DNA of 64,000 nt from an uncultured Gemmatimonadales bacterium (GTDB taxonomy: Bacteria; Gemmatimonadota; Gemmatimonadetes; Gemmatimonadales; Gemmatimonadaceae): positions 384,001 to 448,000 of the forward strand of contig CAWKNZ010000002.1 in assembly GCA_963851265.1 (NCBI GenBank), given 5' to 3'. This document shows, piece after piece, positions 38,115 through 48,739 of this stretch. Under the pieces are notes generated by a model. That model was not told the origin of the DNA and did not search any database. It saw only the letters and a program-made list of their open reading frames with translations. The translations under genes and the position numbers were made by a program. Each line of letters opens with the position of its first letter. Within the stretch, counting starts at the first letter, position 1.

Positions 38115-39539
38115 TCAGATGTGAATCGCCCGTCCGAGCACCGCGAGCGCGGCCTCCTTCACCGTCTCGCTCAGCGTGGGGTGCGCGTGCACGGTGATCC
38201 CGATGTCCTCGCTCGCCCCGCGATACTCGAACGCCAGCACCACCTCGGCGATCAGGTCGCTCGCGTTCGCGCCCATCATGTGGCAGCCGAGGAGTTCGTC
38301 CGTCTCGGCGTCGGCGATGAACTTCACGAACCCGGTCGTCTCGCCCATCGTGCGCGCGCGACCGTTGGCGGAGAAGGGGAACTTGCCCGCCTTGTACTTC
38401 CGCCCTTCGGCCTTCACCTCGTGCTCCGCGTAGCCGACGGACGCGATCTCGGGCCAGGTGTAGACCACGCTCGGCATGGAGCGGTAGTGCATGTGCACCG
38501 GCTTGCCGGCGATCACCTCGGCCGCGACCGTGCCCTCCTCCTCGGCCTTGTGGGCGAGGAGCTTGCCGCCCACCACGTCGCCGATCGCGTAGACGGTGGG
38601 AATGTTGGTGCGCATCTGGCCGTCGGCGAGCACCTCGCCGCGCTTGCCTAACGCGAGGCCGAGCGCGGCCGCGTCGACGCCGCGGAGCGCCGGGCGGCGT
38701 CCCACCGAGACGAGCACGTAGTCGGCCTCGATCGTCTCGGGCGCGCCGCCGTCCTTCTCGATGGTGACCTGCACGACGTCGCCCCTGCGCTCGGCGCCGG
38801 TCACGCGCACGCCGGTCTTGAGTACGAGGCCCTGCTTCGTGAAGACGCGCGTCGCCTCCTTGACCACGTCCTCGTCCTGGCCGGGGAGGATCGTCGGCGC
38901 GAGCTCGACCACCGTGACCGTCGACCCGAGTCGCCGCCACACCGAGCCGAGCTCGAGCCCGATCACGCCCCCGCCGATCACGACGAGGCGCGCGGGCACC
39001 TCGGGGATCTTGAGCGCGCCGATGTTCGACAGCACGCGTTCCTCGTCGAAGCGCAGGAACGGCAGCTCGGACGAGACGGAGCCCGTGGCGACGACGACGT
39101 TGGCCGGCGCGTAGGTGGTGGTGGTCCCGTCGTGGCCGCGCACGTCGACGCGGTTCCTGCCCTCGCCCGCGGACACGAGCGTGCCGGTCCCCTTGGCCCA
39201 GGTGACCTTGTTCTTCTTGAAGAGGAACTCGACCCCCTTCGTGTTCGCGCCGACCACGTCGTCCTTGCGCTTCATCATCGCGCCGAGGTCGAACGTCACG
39301 CCGTCGTAGTGCACCCCGTGCTCGGCGGCGTGCAGCCGGGCGAATTCGTAGTGCTCGCTCGACTGGAGCAGCGCCTTGCTCGGGATGCAGCCGACGTTCA
39401 CGCAGGTGCCGCCTAACGTCTTGTCGCTCTCGACGCAGACCGTGGCGAGCCCGAGCTGCGCGGCGCGGATCGCGGCGACGTAGCCGCCAGGGCCGCCGCC
39501 GAGGATGAGGACGTCGCAGGGGGTGGGGGTGGTGCTCAT
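38115..39539 (-). CDS. lpdA: Dihydrolipoyl dehydrogenase (E3)
   Basis: GGGPGGYVAAIRAAQLG, GGTCVNVGCIPSK, HAHPTLSE. Confidence 0.97.
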   Translation of the reverse strand: MSTTPTPCDVLILGGGPGGYVAAIRAAQLGLATVCVESDKTLGGTCVNVGCIPSKALLQSSEHYEFARLHAAEHGVHYDGVTFDLGAMMKRKDDVVGANTKGVEFLFKKNKVTWAKGTGTLVSAGEGRNRVDVRGHDGTTTTYAPANVVVATGSVSSELPFLRFDEERVLSNIGALKIPEVPARLVVIGGGVIGLELGSVWRRLGSTVTVVELAPTILPGQDEDVVKEATRVFTKQGLVLKTGVRVTGAERRGDVVQVTIEKDGGAPETIEADYVLVSVGRRPALRGVDAAALGLALGKRGEVLADGQMRTNIPTVYAIGDVVGGKLLAHKAEEEGTVAAEVIAGKPVHMHYRSMPSVVYTWPEIASVGYAEHEVKAEGRKYKAGKFPFSANGRARTMGETTGFVKFIADAETDELLGCHMMGANASDLIAEVVLAFEYRGASEDIGITVHAHPTLSETVKEAALAVLGRAIHI

Positions 39540-39621
39540 ATGGTGCGGAAAGACCGTGTGATCGTGTCGAAATGATGGCGTCCCGAGCGGAGCGCGGAAC
39601 GCCGAACGCGGCCGGTCGCGC

Positions 39622-40488
39622 TCAGCCGCCCACCGCGCGTTCCGTCGCCGCCCACAGCGCGTCCTGCGCCGCCACGTCGTGGCTCGACCGCGACGACCTC
39701 GCCGCGCGCTCGTTCTTGTAGTACCCGCCCGTCGTCCCGCGGATCGCCGGATCGGATGCGAGATACACGCTCGTTCGCGCGCCCCGTTCGGGGCCGGGCA
39801 TGAACGGGCGCGCCGCGCGGAAGAGGAACGAGAACACCCCGGCGGTTCCCGCGCCGAATCCGCTCGCGATCGCCCCGGGGTGCAGCGCGTTGACCGAGAC
39901 GCCCGTGCCCACGAGGTCCCGCGCGAGGTGGTAGGCGAACCACAGGTTGGCCAGCTTGCTGCGCGCGTACGCGCCGAGCGCGGACCACCCGCGCTCGAGC
40001 TGGAGGTCGTCCGGGGCGTACCGGGTCGGCATCTCGTGCGCGCTCGACGACACCACGACCACGCGCGCGTCGCCGGTGGCCGCGCCCGCCGCGCGCAGCG
40101 GCGCGAGCAGTTCGCCGGTGAGCAGGTGGTAGGCGACGTGGTTGAGCGCCATCGTCGCCTCCACGCCGTCGACTTCGCGCCGTTCGCTGAACAGCGCGCC
40201 CGCGTTGTTCACGAGCACGTCCAGCTGCGGCACGCGCCCGCGCACGTCCGCCGCCAGCTGCCGCACGGCGGCCTGCCGCGACAGGTCGGCGAGGAACACC
40301 TCGGCCGACCCGCCGCGCCCCGCCGCCGCCGCGCGCGCCTCGACCTCGCGCCGCGCGTCGGCCGCGCGGGCCGCGTCGCGCCCGACGAGCAGGACGCGGA
40401 ACCCGCGCTCGGCGAGCGCGCCGGCGGTGGCACGCCCGATCCCGTTGGTCGCGCCGGTGACGAGCGCCGTGCGCGCGACGTCGGTCAC
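39622..40488 (-). CDS. SDR family oxidoreductase (retinol dehydrogenase-like)
   Basis: [27 protein letters not shown] start overlaps the sucB stop (GTGA). Confidence 0.92.
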   Translation of the reverse strand: MTDVARTALVTGATNGIGRATAGALAERGFRVLLVGRDAARAADARREVEARAAAAGRGGSAEVFLADLSRQAAVRQLAADVRGRVPQLDVLVNNAGALFSERREVDGVEATMALNHVAYHLLTGELLAPLRAAGAATGDARVVVVSSSAHEMPTRYAPDDLQLERGWSALGAYARSKLANLWFAYHLARDLVGTGVSVNALHPGAIASGFGAGTAGVFSFLFRAARPFMPGPERGARTSVYLASDPAIRGTTGGYYKNERAARSSRSSHDVAAQDALWAATERAVGG

Positions 40489-41765
40489 GCGATCAACATC
40501 GCCGCGGGGTCTTCCATCAACTCCTTCACGCGCACGAGGAACAGCACCGCCTGCTGCCCGTCGATGAGGCGGTGGTCGTACGAGAGCGCGACGTACATCA
40601 TCGGCCGGATCTCGACCTTGCCGCCCACGGCCACCGGGCGGTCCTGCGTCTTGTGCAGGCCGAGGATGCCCACCTGCGGGTAGTTGATGATCGGCGTCGA
40701 GATGAGCGAGCCGAACACGCCGCCGTTGGTGATCGTGAACGTGCCCCCCGTGAGGTCGTCCATCGTGAGCTTGCCGTCGCGGGCGCGCTTGGCGATCGCG
40801 ACGATGTCGCGGCTCACGTCGAGCACGCCCTTGGCTTGCGCGTCCTTGATGTTGGGCACCACGAGGCCGGCGTCGCTCGCGACGGCGATCCCCATGTTCA
40901 CGTAGTGGTGATAGACGATGCTGTCGCCGTCGATGGAGCCGTTGACGGCCGGGTACTGCTGCAGCGCCATCACCGCCGCCTTCACGAAGAACGGCATGAA
41001 CGACAGGCGGACGCCCTGCTCCTTCTCGACGCGCTCGCGCACCCGCTCGCGCAGCGCGGTCACGCCCGTCATGTCGATCTCGTTGAAGGTCGTCAGGTGG
41101 GCGGTCTGCTGCTGCGAGGCGAGCAGGTTCTCGGCGATGCGGCGGCGGCGCGTCGTCATCTTCTCGCGCGTCTCGCGGGCGCCGCCCGCGCCGTTGCCGG
41201 CCGCGGCCGGCGGCGCGGCGAACGCCGGCGGGGGCGTCGGCGCGGGCGGGCGCGGGGCGGCAGGTGCGGCGGGGGCCGTCGGCGTTGCCGTCGCGGCGGG
41301 TGTGGGCGCGGCCGCGATCGCCTGCACCACGTCGGGCTTGCTCACGACGCCGCCGCGGCCGGTGCCGGGCACGGTGCCGATGTTCATGCCGGCTTCGGCG
41401 GCGAGCCGCTGGGCGGCGGGCGACGCGCGCACCTCGCCGGCTGGCGCCGCGGGCGCCGAGGCCGCGGCAGGTGCGGCGGCAGGTGCCGCGGCAGGTGTGG
41501 CGGCGGGCTGCGCGGCGGCCCCGGCCTGGGCCGTCTCGTCGATTTCGGCCAGCTGTTCGTCGACGTTCACGACGTCGCCTTCCTGCCTGAGTCGCTTCGT
41601 CAGCACGCCGGCCCCGAGCGCGGGCACCTCGACGGTGATCTTGTCCGTCTCCAATTCGACGAGCGTCTCGCCCGCCGAGACCGTGTCGCCCTCGCGCTTG
41701 AGCCAGCGGGAGATCGTCGCCTCGACGATCGATTCGCCGAGCGGCGGCACCTTGATCGCGATCAT
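40485..41765 (-). CDS. sucB: 2-oxoglutarate dehydrogenase E2, dihydrolipoamide succinyltransferase
   Basis: Lipoyl domain ELETDK, E3-binding [33 protein letters not shown]. Confidence 0.95.
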   Translation of the reverse strand: MIAIKVPPLGESIVEATISRWLKREGDTVSAGETLVELETDKITVEVPALGAGVLTKRLRQEGDVVNVDEQLAEIDETAQAGAAAQPAATPAAAPAAAPAAASAPAAPAGEVRASPAAQRLAAEAGMNIGTVPGTGRGGVVSKPDVVQAIAAAPTPAATATPTAPAAPAAPRPPAPTPPPAFAAPPAAAGNGAGGARETREKMTTRRRRIAENLLASQQQTAHLTTFNEIDMTGVTALRERVRERVEKEQGVRLSFMPFFVKAAVMALQQYPAVNGSIDGDSIVYHHYVNMGIAVASDAGLVVPNIKDAQAKGVLDVSRDIVAIAKRARDGKLTMDDLTGGTFTITNGGVFGSLISTPIINYPQVGILGLHKTQDRPVAVGGKVEIRPMMYVALSYDHRLIDGQQAVLFLVRVKELMEDPAAMLIA

Positions 41766-41885
41766 GACTGCCAGAGTGGAGTGAGCGTTGGCCGCCGGGA
41801 ACAATCGCCCGGCTGGCAGAGGTCAGCACGGGCCGGTAGCGTTCGCGGCGCAATATAGCCATCGCTTCCGGAGCTCCCTTCTCGC

Positions 41886-42920
41886 GTGCGCGCGCTCACC
41901 ATTTCCGCCCACGGCGGTCTCGACCAGCTGCAGTACCGCGACGACGTGCCCGAGCCGCAGCTCGCCGGCCCGCGCGACGTGCGCGTGCGCATCGAGGCCG
42001 CGGCGCTCAACCACCTCGACCTCTTCCTACTGGGCGGGCTGCCCGGGATCACGATCACCCCGCCGTGGGTGGTGGGCTCGGACGGCGCCGGCGTGGTCGA
42101 GTCGGTCGGCGCCGAGGTCTCGCACGTGCGCCCGGGCGACGCGGTGGTCATCAACCCGGGCACGAGCTGCGGCCAGTGCGAGTACTGCCTCGCCGGCGAG
42201 GAGCCGCTCTGCCCGCGGTACCGCATCTTCGGCGAGCACGCGCCCGGCTTCTGCGCCGAGTACGCGGTGGTGCCCGCGGCCTGCGTGCACGCCGTGCCCG
42301 CGGCGATCGCGCCGGAGGAGCGCGCGGCGTTCTCGCTCGCCACGCTCACCGCGTGGCGGATGGTCGTCACGCGGGCCGCGGTGCGCCCCGGCGACCACGT
42401 GCTCATCTGGGGGATCGGCGGCGGGGTCGCGCTCGCCGCGCTGCAGATCTGCCGACGCATCGGCGCGACGACGTGGGTGACGAGCGGCAGCGACGAGAAG
42501 CTCGCGCGCGCCCGCGCGCTCGGCGCCGACCACGCGCTCAACCACCGCGCCGAGGACGTGCCGCGCGCGATCCGCGCCGCGACCGGCAAGCGCGGCGTGG
42601 ACGTGGTGATCGACTCCGTCGGCGAGGCGACGTGGCAGCGCTCGCTCGGATCGTTAGGCCGGCGCGGGCGGCTCGTGACCTGCGGCGGCACGTCGGGCCC
42701 GATGGTCGAGACCGACGTGCGCAAGCTGTTCTGGAACCAGTGGTCGATCATGGGCTCGACGATGGGGACGAACGCCGAGTACGACGCGATCGTCGCGGAG
42801 CTGCGCGCGGGGCGGCTGCTGCCGCCCGTGGACTCGACGTGGCCGCTGGAGGAGGGGCGCGACGCGTACGCGCGGCTCGAGAGCGGTGGGCAGTTCGGCA
42901 AGGTCGTTGTCCGCGTCTGA
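41886..42920 (+). CDS. Zinc-binding alcohol dehydrogenase / MDR family oxidoreductase
   Basis: AAALNHLD, GSDGAG, CGQCEYC..C, GIGGGV, FGKVV. Confidence 0.92.
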   Translation: MRALTISAHGGLDQLQYRDDVPEPQLAGPRDVRVRIEAAALNHLDLFLLGGLPGITITPPWVVGSDGAGVVESVGAEVSHVRPGDAVVINPGTSCGQCEYCLAGEEPLCPRYRIFGEHAPGFCAEYAVVPAACVHAVPAAIAPEERAAFSLATLTAWRMVVTRAAVRPGDHVLIWGIGGGVALAALQICRRIGATTWVTSGSDEKLARARALGADHALNHRAEDVPRAIRAATGKRGVDVVIDSVGEATWQRSLGSLGRRGRLVTCGGTSGPMVETDVRKLFWNQWSIMGSTMGTNAEYDAIVAELRAGRLLPPVDSTWPLEEGRDAYARLESGGQFGKVVVRV

Positions 42921-43137
42921 CGCCGCGGCCTACACCGCCGACGAGCAGCGCGCGCTGCGCGAGACCGTGGCCGCGGGTGGGGCGCCGGCGTGCCCGCGCG
43001 ACGGCGCCGCGATGACGCGCCGTCCGGTGGGCGGCGGCTCGTTCGGGCTCGGGTACTCGCGGCAGCGCGAGTGGCTCATCTGCCCCACCTGCCGGCGGAG
43101 TGCCCTGTTCGACGTCAAGCGCGGCACGCGGAACTGA
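42907..43137 (+). CDS. Small zinc-ribbon-like hypothetical protein
   Basis: CPRD ... CPTC; TTG start overlapping the upstream gene inferred. Confidence 0.6.
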   Translation: MSASDAAAYTADEQRALRETVAAGGAPACPRDGAAMTRRPVGGGSFGLGYSRQREWLICPTCRRSALFDVKRGTRN

Positions 43138-43164
43138 GTTTCCGGCGCCCTTATCTTCCCGCGC

Positions 43165-44010
43165 ATGCACCGCCTCCTCGCCTGGCTCCAGCCCGCCGCC
43201 GCCCCGGCCGTCGCCTTCGGCTCGCGCCTGCAGGACAGCTTCGCCCAACTCGGCGACCTGATCCCGAACCTGCTCGCCGCGCTCGTCATCCTCTTCGCCG
43301 GCTACCTGCTGGCCAAGCTGATCCAGCGCGGCGTCGCGCGCGTGCTCGTCCGCCTGCGGCTCAACGAGGCGCTCGCGCGCGGCGGCGTCATCTCGGCGGT
43401 CGAGCGCTCGGGCGCGCACGTGAACCCGGCGCGCATCCTCGCGAACCTCGTCTTCTGGTGCGTGATGTTCGCCGTGCTGCTCGTCGCGGCGAACGCGCTC
43501 GGCCTCAAGTCGCTCGCCGACGTCTTCGCCGAACTCGTCGGCTACATCCCGAGCGTGATCGCGGCGGTCGTGATCGTGATCGCGGGCATCCTGCTCGGCG
43601 GCTTCGTCGAGGGGCTCATCCGCGCGTCGGCCGGCACGATCCACGGCGGGCCGACGCTCGCGCGCGTGGCGCGGGTGAGCGTGGTCGTGATCGCGGTGTT
43701 CATGGCGCTGCAGGAGCTCGGCGTCGCGACCGAGATCGTCACGACCGCGTTCGCGATCCTCTTCGGCGCGGTGGCGCTCGCGCTCGCGCTGTCGTTCGGG
43801 TTAGGCAATCGCGACCTCGCGGGGGAGGTCACGCGCGAGTGGTACGAGCGCTACCGGGCGGAGCGCGCCGCGATCGACCGCGAGCAGGCGATCGAGGACG
43901 CGGAGGACGAGGCGGAGCTGGCGCGGCCGGTGACCTTCCGGCGGACGCCGCGGGGCACGGCGGCCCTGCCTAACATCGCCCCGGCGCCGGCGGAGCCGCC
44001 GCGGGCGTAG
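43165..44010 (+). CDS. TM-helix repeat membrane protein (CmpX / MscS-associated type)
   Basis: IPNLLAALVIL.GY and YIPSVIAAVVIV repeats, ALALSFGLG. Confidence 0.85.
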   Translation: MHRLLAWLQPAAAPAVAFGSRLQDSFAQLGDLIPNLLAALVILFAGYLLAKLIQRGVARVLVRLRLNEALARGGVISAVERSGAHVNPARILANLVFWCVMFAVLLVAANALGLKSLADVFAELVGYIPSVIAAVVIVIAGILLGGFVEGLIRASAGTIHGGPTLARVARVSVVVIAVFMALQELGVATEIVTTAFAILFGAVALALALSFGLGNRDLAGEVTREWYERYRAERAAIDREQAIEDAEDEAELARPVTFRRTPRGTAALPNIAPAPAEPPRA

Positions 44011-44126
44011 CGCGCCGCCGCCGCGCGCGCCTGCCGCGCGCGCCCGCCGCGCGCTGGCCCGGACGCGCGCGAGCCCCTATGTTGGCCGGGCCCCCGCACG
44101 GCCCCCACGGTCCGGAGTCCCGCCGC

Positions 44127-44750
44127 ATGACCGAGATCCGCTCGTCCGACAACCGTCGCGATCTGTCCACGAACAGCGGTTTCCAGTTCGAGTTCTACTG
44201 CGAGCGCTGCGGCGAGACGTGGCGTTCCCCGTTCGATCGCTACATGGCGGGCACGCTCGAGGGCGTGATCGGCGCGGCCGACGGCCTGCTCGGCGGGCTG
44301 TTCGGCGGCGCGCGCAACCTCGTCAACGAGCTGTCCACCGCGGGCTACTCGAAGGCGAAGGACGAGGCGCTGGAGCGCGCCGTCGTGACCGCGCGCGGCC
44401 ACTTCCACCGCTGCCCGCGGTGCTCCAACAACTTCTGCGACGACTGCTGGAACGCCGACGAGGGCACGTGCATCGCGTGCGTGCCGCGCCTCGAGGCCGA
44501 GGTCGCGGCGATCAACCGCGAGGCGAAGCTCACGAAGGCGCGCGAGGTGGCGGGCGAGCGCGCGACGGTGAGCGACGCCGAGTTGCAGGCGCGCGTGGTG
44601 ACGTGCGGCTCGTGCCACGCCGTGGTCGGGCACGCGAAGTTCTGCCCCGAGTGCGGCGTCCCGGTGTCGCTCACGCGCGCGTGCGGGCACTGTGGGGCCG
44701 ACGTGCCGCGCACGGCCAAGTTCTGCCCGGAGTGCGGGGCGAAGCCGTAG
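44127..44750 (+). CDS. Multi-zinc-ribbon protein (8 CxxC pairs)
   Basis: CERC, CPRC, CDDC, CIAC, CGSC, CPEC, CGHC, CPEC; GGAG RBS. Confidence 0.85.
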   Translation: MTEIRSSDNRRDLSTNSGFQFEFYCERCGETWRSPFDRYMAGTLEGVIGAADGLLGGLFGGARNLVNELSTAGYSKAKDEALERAVVTARGHFHRCPRCSNNFCDDCWNADEGTCIACVPRLEAEVAAINREAKLTKAREVAGERATVSDAELQARVVTCGSCHAVVGHAKFCPECGVPVSLTRACGHCGADVPRTAKFCPECGAKP

Positions 44751-44996
44751 ACCGGTCGGGTGGCGGACCGCTGATGCGTTGCGGGTAGGGAGCGGCTGGA
44801 CGGCACGCGGGCGGGCGACGCGACACCCCTCCGCCGTTGCCCGCCGGGGGCACGAGAACACTCACCCCGAAGCGGGGTAAGTATTTGTGCCGCATCAGTT
44901 TGTCACTACCGACCCCGAGTTCGTGCCGAAGCCGGACTCGGCTAGATTGCAGGGTTGCGCGTGCCCGCGCGCTCCCTCGTTCCCGCCGTCCCCGCC

Positions 44997-47528
44997 ATGA
45001 CCGCACCCAACGCCCGCGAACGCATCCTCCCCCGCCTCATCGACGAGGAGATCAAAGAGTCGTTCATCAACTACTCGATGAGCGTGATCGTCTCGCGCGC
45101 CCTGCCGGACGTGCGCGACGGGTTGAAGCCGGTGCAACGGCGCGTGCTCTACGCGATGAACGAGGACGGGCTCGTCCCGGGGCGCCCCTACAAGAAGAGC
45201 GCGACCGTCGTCGGCTCGGTGCTCGGCAAGTACCACCCGCACGGCGACAGCTCCGTGTACGACGCGCTCGTGCGCATGGTGCAGGACTTCTCGCTGCGCT
45301 ACCCGCTCGTCGACGGGCAGGGGAACTTCGGCTCGGTCGACGGTGACCCCGCGGCGGCCTACCGGTACACCGAGGCCAAGCTCACGCGCGTGGCGGTCGA
45401 CCTCCTGGCCGACATCGACAAGAACACCGTCAACTTCGCGCCAAACTTCGACGACCGGCTCACCGAGCCGACGGTGCTGCCGTCGTCGGTGCCCAACCTG
45501 CTCGTCAACGGCTCGTCGGGGATCGCGGTGGGCATGGCGACCAACATCCCGCCGCACAACATGCGCGAGATCGTGGCCGCGCTGCACGCGATCATCGACG
45601 ACCCCGAGGTGTCGACCGACGCGCTTCGCAAGCACATCAAGGGGCCCGACTTCCCCACCGGCGCCTACATCTACGGGCGGCAGGGGATCAAGGACTACAT
45701 CGAGACCGGGCGCGGCAAGATCGTCATGCGCGCGCGCGCCGTGATCGAGGAGAAGGAGAGCAGCAACAAGTCGCAGATCGTCGTCACCGAGCTGCCCTAC
45801 CAGGTGAACAAGGCGCGCCTCGTCGAGCAGATCGCCGACCTGCACCGCGAGCAGAAGGTCGAGGGCATCTCGGCGCTGCGCGACGAGAGCGACCGCGACG
45901 GCATGCGCATCGTCATCGAGCTGAAGCGCGACGCCATCCCGCGCGTCGTGCTCAACCAGCTGTACAAGCACTCGACGATGCAGTCGACGTTCGGCGTGAT
46001 CATGCTCGCGCTCGTGCCCGACACGCAGACCGGGCGGCTCGTGCCGAAGGTCATGCCGGTCAAGACGGTGCTCGAACATTTCGTGTCGCACCGTCACGAA
46101 GTCATCGTGCGCCGCACGCAGTTCGACCTCGACAAGGCGCTCGACCGCGAGCACATCCTCGAGGGGCTCAAGATCGCCGTCGACAACATCGACGAGGTGA
46201 TCCGGATCATCCGCGCCGCGGCCGACACGCCGGTCGCGAGCCGCCAGCTACAGGCGCGCTTCAAGCTCACCGAGCGGCAGGCCGAGGCGATCCTCAACCT
46301 GCGCCTCGCCAAGCTCACCGGCCTCGCGATCGAGGAGCTGGAGGCCGAGCTCAAGGAGGTGCGCGCGACGATCGCCGACCTGCGCGACATCCTCGCCAGC
46401 CGGCCGCGCCGCATGCAGATCATGAAGGCCGAGCTGGCCGAGATCGCCGGCCGCTACGGCGACGACCGCCGCTCCGAGATCATCGCCGACGAGGGCGAGT
46501 TCTCGATCGAGGACCTGATCGCCGAGGAGGACATGGTCGTGACCATCTCCCACTCGGGGTACATCAAGCGCACGCCCGTCACCACGTACCGCAAGCAGCG
46601 CCGCGGCGGACGCGGCCTGAGCGGGCAGGACCTCAAGGACCTCGACTTCATCGAGCGGCTCTTCATCGCGAGCACGCACGACTACATCATGATCTTCACG
46701 GACGACGGGCGCTGCTACTGGCTCAAGGTCCACGAGATCCCGGCCGCCGGGCGCGCCACGCGCGGCAAGCCGATCGTCAACCTCATCAACGTCGGCCCGG
46801 AGACGAAGATCCGCTCGATGGTCGCCGTCCGCGAGTTCCGCGAGGACCAGTACCTGTTCTTCGCCACCCGCAACGGCACGGTCAAGAAGACCGCGCTCTC
46901 CGAGTACGGCAACGTGCGGTCGGCGGGCGTCAAGGCCGTCAAGATCGAGGAGGACGACGAGCTGATCGACGTGCAGATCACGAGCGGCACCAACGACGTC
47001 GTGCTCGCCACCAAGCACGGCCTCTCGATCCGCTTCCCCGAGAACGAGGTGCGCGATATGGGGCGCGACACCACCGGCGTGAAGGGGATCACGCTCCGCC
47101 CCGAGGACAAGGTCGTCTCGCTCGTGATCGTGCGACGCGGCGACGCCACCCTCCTCGTCACCACGACGAAGGGGATGGGCAAGGTCACCGACCTCACCGA
47201 GTACCGCGTGCAGGGCCGCGGCGGCAAGGGCATCCTCACGCTCAACCGCACCGAGCGCACGGGCAACGTCGTCGCGACGATGGAGGTCATGCAGGACGAG
47301 GGGATCATGCTCATCACGAAGAACGGCGTCGTGATCCGCTCGGGCGTCAACGAGGTGCGCAACACGGGGCGGAATGCGCAGGGCGTCAACCTCGTACGCC
47401 TCGACGCCAACGACGAGCTGTGCGCCGTCGCCCGCGTCGTCTCGGAGAAGGAAGAGGACGGCGAAACCCTCGGCGACGATCCGCTCATTCCGGACGGTCC
47501 CGAAGACGGCAGCGAAGACGCGATCTGA
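44997..47528 (+). CDS. gyrA: DNA gyrase subunit A
   Basis: [25 protein letters not shown] (catalytic Tyr), GyrA-box QRRGGRG, beta-pinwheel repeats, acidic tail. Confidence 0.98.
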   Translation: MTAPNARERILPRLIDEEIKESFINYSMSVIVSRALPDVRDGLKPVQRRVLYAMNEDGLVPGRPYKKSATVVGSVLGKYHPHGDSSVYDALVRMVQDFSLRYPLVDGQGNFGSVDGDPAAAYRYTEAKLTRVAVDLLADIDKNTVNFAPNFDDRLTEPTVLPSSVPNLLVNGSSGIAVGMATNIPPHNMREIVAALHAIIDDPEVSTDALRKHIKGPDFPTGAYIYGRQGIKDYIETGRGKIVMRARAVIEEKESSNKSQIVVTELPYQVNKARLVEQIADLHREQKVEGISALRDESDRDGMRIVIELKRDAIPRVVLNQLYKHSTMQSTFGVIMLALVPDTQTGRLVPKVMPVKTVLEHFVSHRHEVIVRRTQFDLDKALDREHILEGLKIAVDNIDEVIRIIRAAADTPVASRQLQARFKLTERQAEAILNLRLAKLTGLAIEELEAELKEVRATIADLRDILASRPRRMQIMKAELAEIAGRYGDDRRSEIIADEGEFSIEDLIAEEDMVVTISHSGYIKRTPVTTYRKQRRGGRGLSGQDLKDLDFIERLFIASTHDYIMIFTDDGRCYWLKVHEIPAAGRATRGKPIVNLINVGPETKIRSMVAVREFREDQYLFFATRNGTVKKTALSEYGNVRSAGVKAVKIEEDDELIDVQITSGTNDVVLATKHGLSIRFPENEVRDMGRDTTGVKGITLRPEDKVVSLVIVRRGDATLLVTTTKGMGKVTDLTEYRVQGRGGKGILTLNRTERTGNVVATMEVMQDEGIMLITKNGVVIRSGVNEVRNTGRNAQGVNLVRLDANDELCAVARVVSEKEEDGETLGDDPLIPDGPEDGSEDAI

Positions 47529-47571
47529 CGTCGTCGCAGTCGCGCTGCGCCCCCGCCGCGCGCGGTGACGA

Positions 47572-47610
47572 CCGAGCCCGGGGCGAGCATTGCTCCCGCC
47601 CCGGGCTCGG
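47572..47610. terminator. Hairpin downstream of gyrA
   Basis: CCGAGCCCGGGGCG ... CGCCCCGGGCTCGG 14-bp stem; no clear U tract. Confidence 0.55.
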
Positions 47611-47716
47611 CTACATTCGGGATGCACCCCGGTCGCGTGACCTGCTTCACGCAGCGTACGCCCGATCTCGGCTGCGCGACGCCGGCGGCACGGCAGTCGC
47701 GCTTGTGCATCCCACC

Positions 47717-48739
47717 GTGTCCACCCTCTCCTCCCCTCCCGCCGCGCTGGTCTCGCTCGCGGCGCTCCGCGCGGCGCAGCAAGTCCTTCGTGGCGTGGCC
47801 GTGCGCACGCCACTCCTGCCGGCCGAAGATGCGCTGCCGGCCGCGCACGCGTCCGCGGGAGGGCAGCGCGCCGGTGGGCGGGTGTGGGTCAAGCCCGAGA
47901 TGCTGCAGCGCGGCGGCGCGTTCAAGCTGCGCGGCGCGTACAACTTCCTCGCCGCGCTCGATCCCGCCGACCGGGCGCGCGGCGTGGTCGCGCCCTCGTC
48001 GGGCAACCACGCCCAGGCCGTCGCCCTCGCCGCCCGGCTGTTCGGCGTCCCGGCCACGGTCGTGATGCCGTCCAACGCGCCCGTCGCCAAGCTCCGCGGC
48101 GCCGCGCGCCTGGGCGCGGAGGTCGTACTCGTCGGACCCAGCAGCGACGAGCGGGCTGCGCGTGCCGCGGAGATCGTCGCGAGCACCGGCGCGGTGCTCG
48201 TCCCGCCTTACGACCACCCGCACATCGTCGCCGGGCAGGGCACGATCGGCCTCGAGATCGCCGAGGACCTGCCCGACGTGCGCCTCGTCCTGGTGCCCGT
48301 CGGCGGCGGCGGGCTGCTGGCCGGGGTCGCCACCGCGGTCAAGGCGCTCGCGCCGCGGGCGCGCGTCGTCGGCGTCGAGCCGGCCGCCACGCCCAAGCTG
48401 TCGCAGGCACGCGCGGCGGGGCGCCCGGTCACGCTGCCCTACGCGGGCGGGCTCCCGGACGGACTGCTCACGACGAGCGTCGGCGCGCTCCCGTTCGCCC
48501 ACCACGCGGCGTACGTCGACGAGGTAGTCGCAGTCGCCGACGACGCGCTCCCCGAGACGATGCGCGTGCTGCTCGACCGCCTCAAGCTCGTCACGGAGCC
48601 GAGCGGGGCGGTGACGTTGGCCGCGCTGCGACTCGGTCTGGTCGAGCCCTCGGCCGAGGGCGACACGGTATGCGTGCTGAGCGGCGGCAACATCGAGTGG
48701 CCGGGTCTGGTCGACCTGTTGGGCCGCGACGGTGGATGA
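47717..48739 (+). CDS. PLP-dependent threonine/serine dehydratase family protein (no ACT domain)
   Basis: LQRGGAFKLRGA, SSGNHAQ, GQGTIGLE, VGGGGL, EPSGA, SGGN. Confidence 0.92.
   Translation: MSTLSSPPAALVSLAALRAAQQVLRGVAVRTPLLPAEDALPAAHASAGGQRAGGRVWVKPEMLQRGGAFKLRGAYNFLAALDPADRARGVVAPSSGNHAQAVALAARLFGVPATVVMPSNAPVAKLRGAARLGAEVVLVGPSSDERAARAAEIVASTGAVLVPPYDHPHIVAGQGTIGLEIAEDLPDVRLVLVPVGGGGLLAGVATAVKALAPRARVVGVEPAATPKLSQARAAGRPVTLPYAGGLPDGLLTTSVGALPFAHHAAYVDEVVAVADDALPETMRVLLDRLKLVTEPSGAVTLAALRLGLVEPSAEGDTVCVLSGGNIEWPGLVDLLGRDGG

Noticed and set aside
39622..41862. Apparent 746-aa protein ending in an SDR domain
   Set aside because: The N-terminal part is an off-frame read of sucB. The SDR has its own GTG at 40488.
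44997..47528. gyrA without an adjacent gyrB, possibly parC or a resistance allele
   Set aside because: The GyrA-box is present, the QRDR reads HGDSSVYD (wild-type-like Ser/Asp), and split gyrA/gyrB loci are common.
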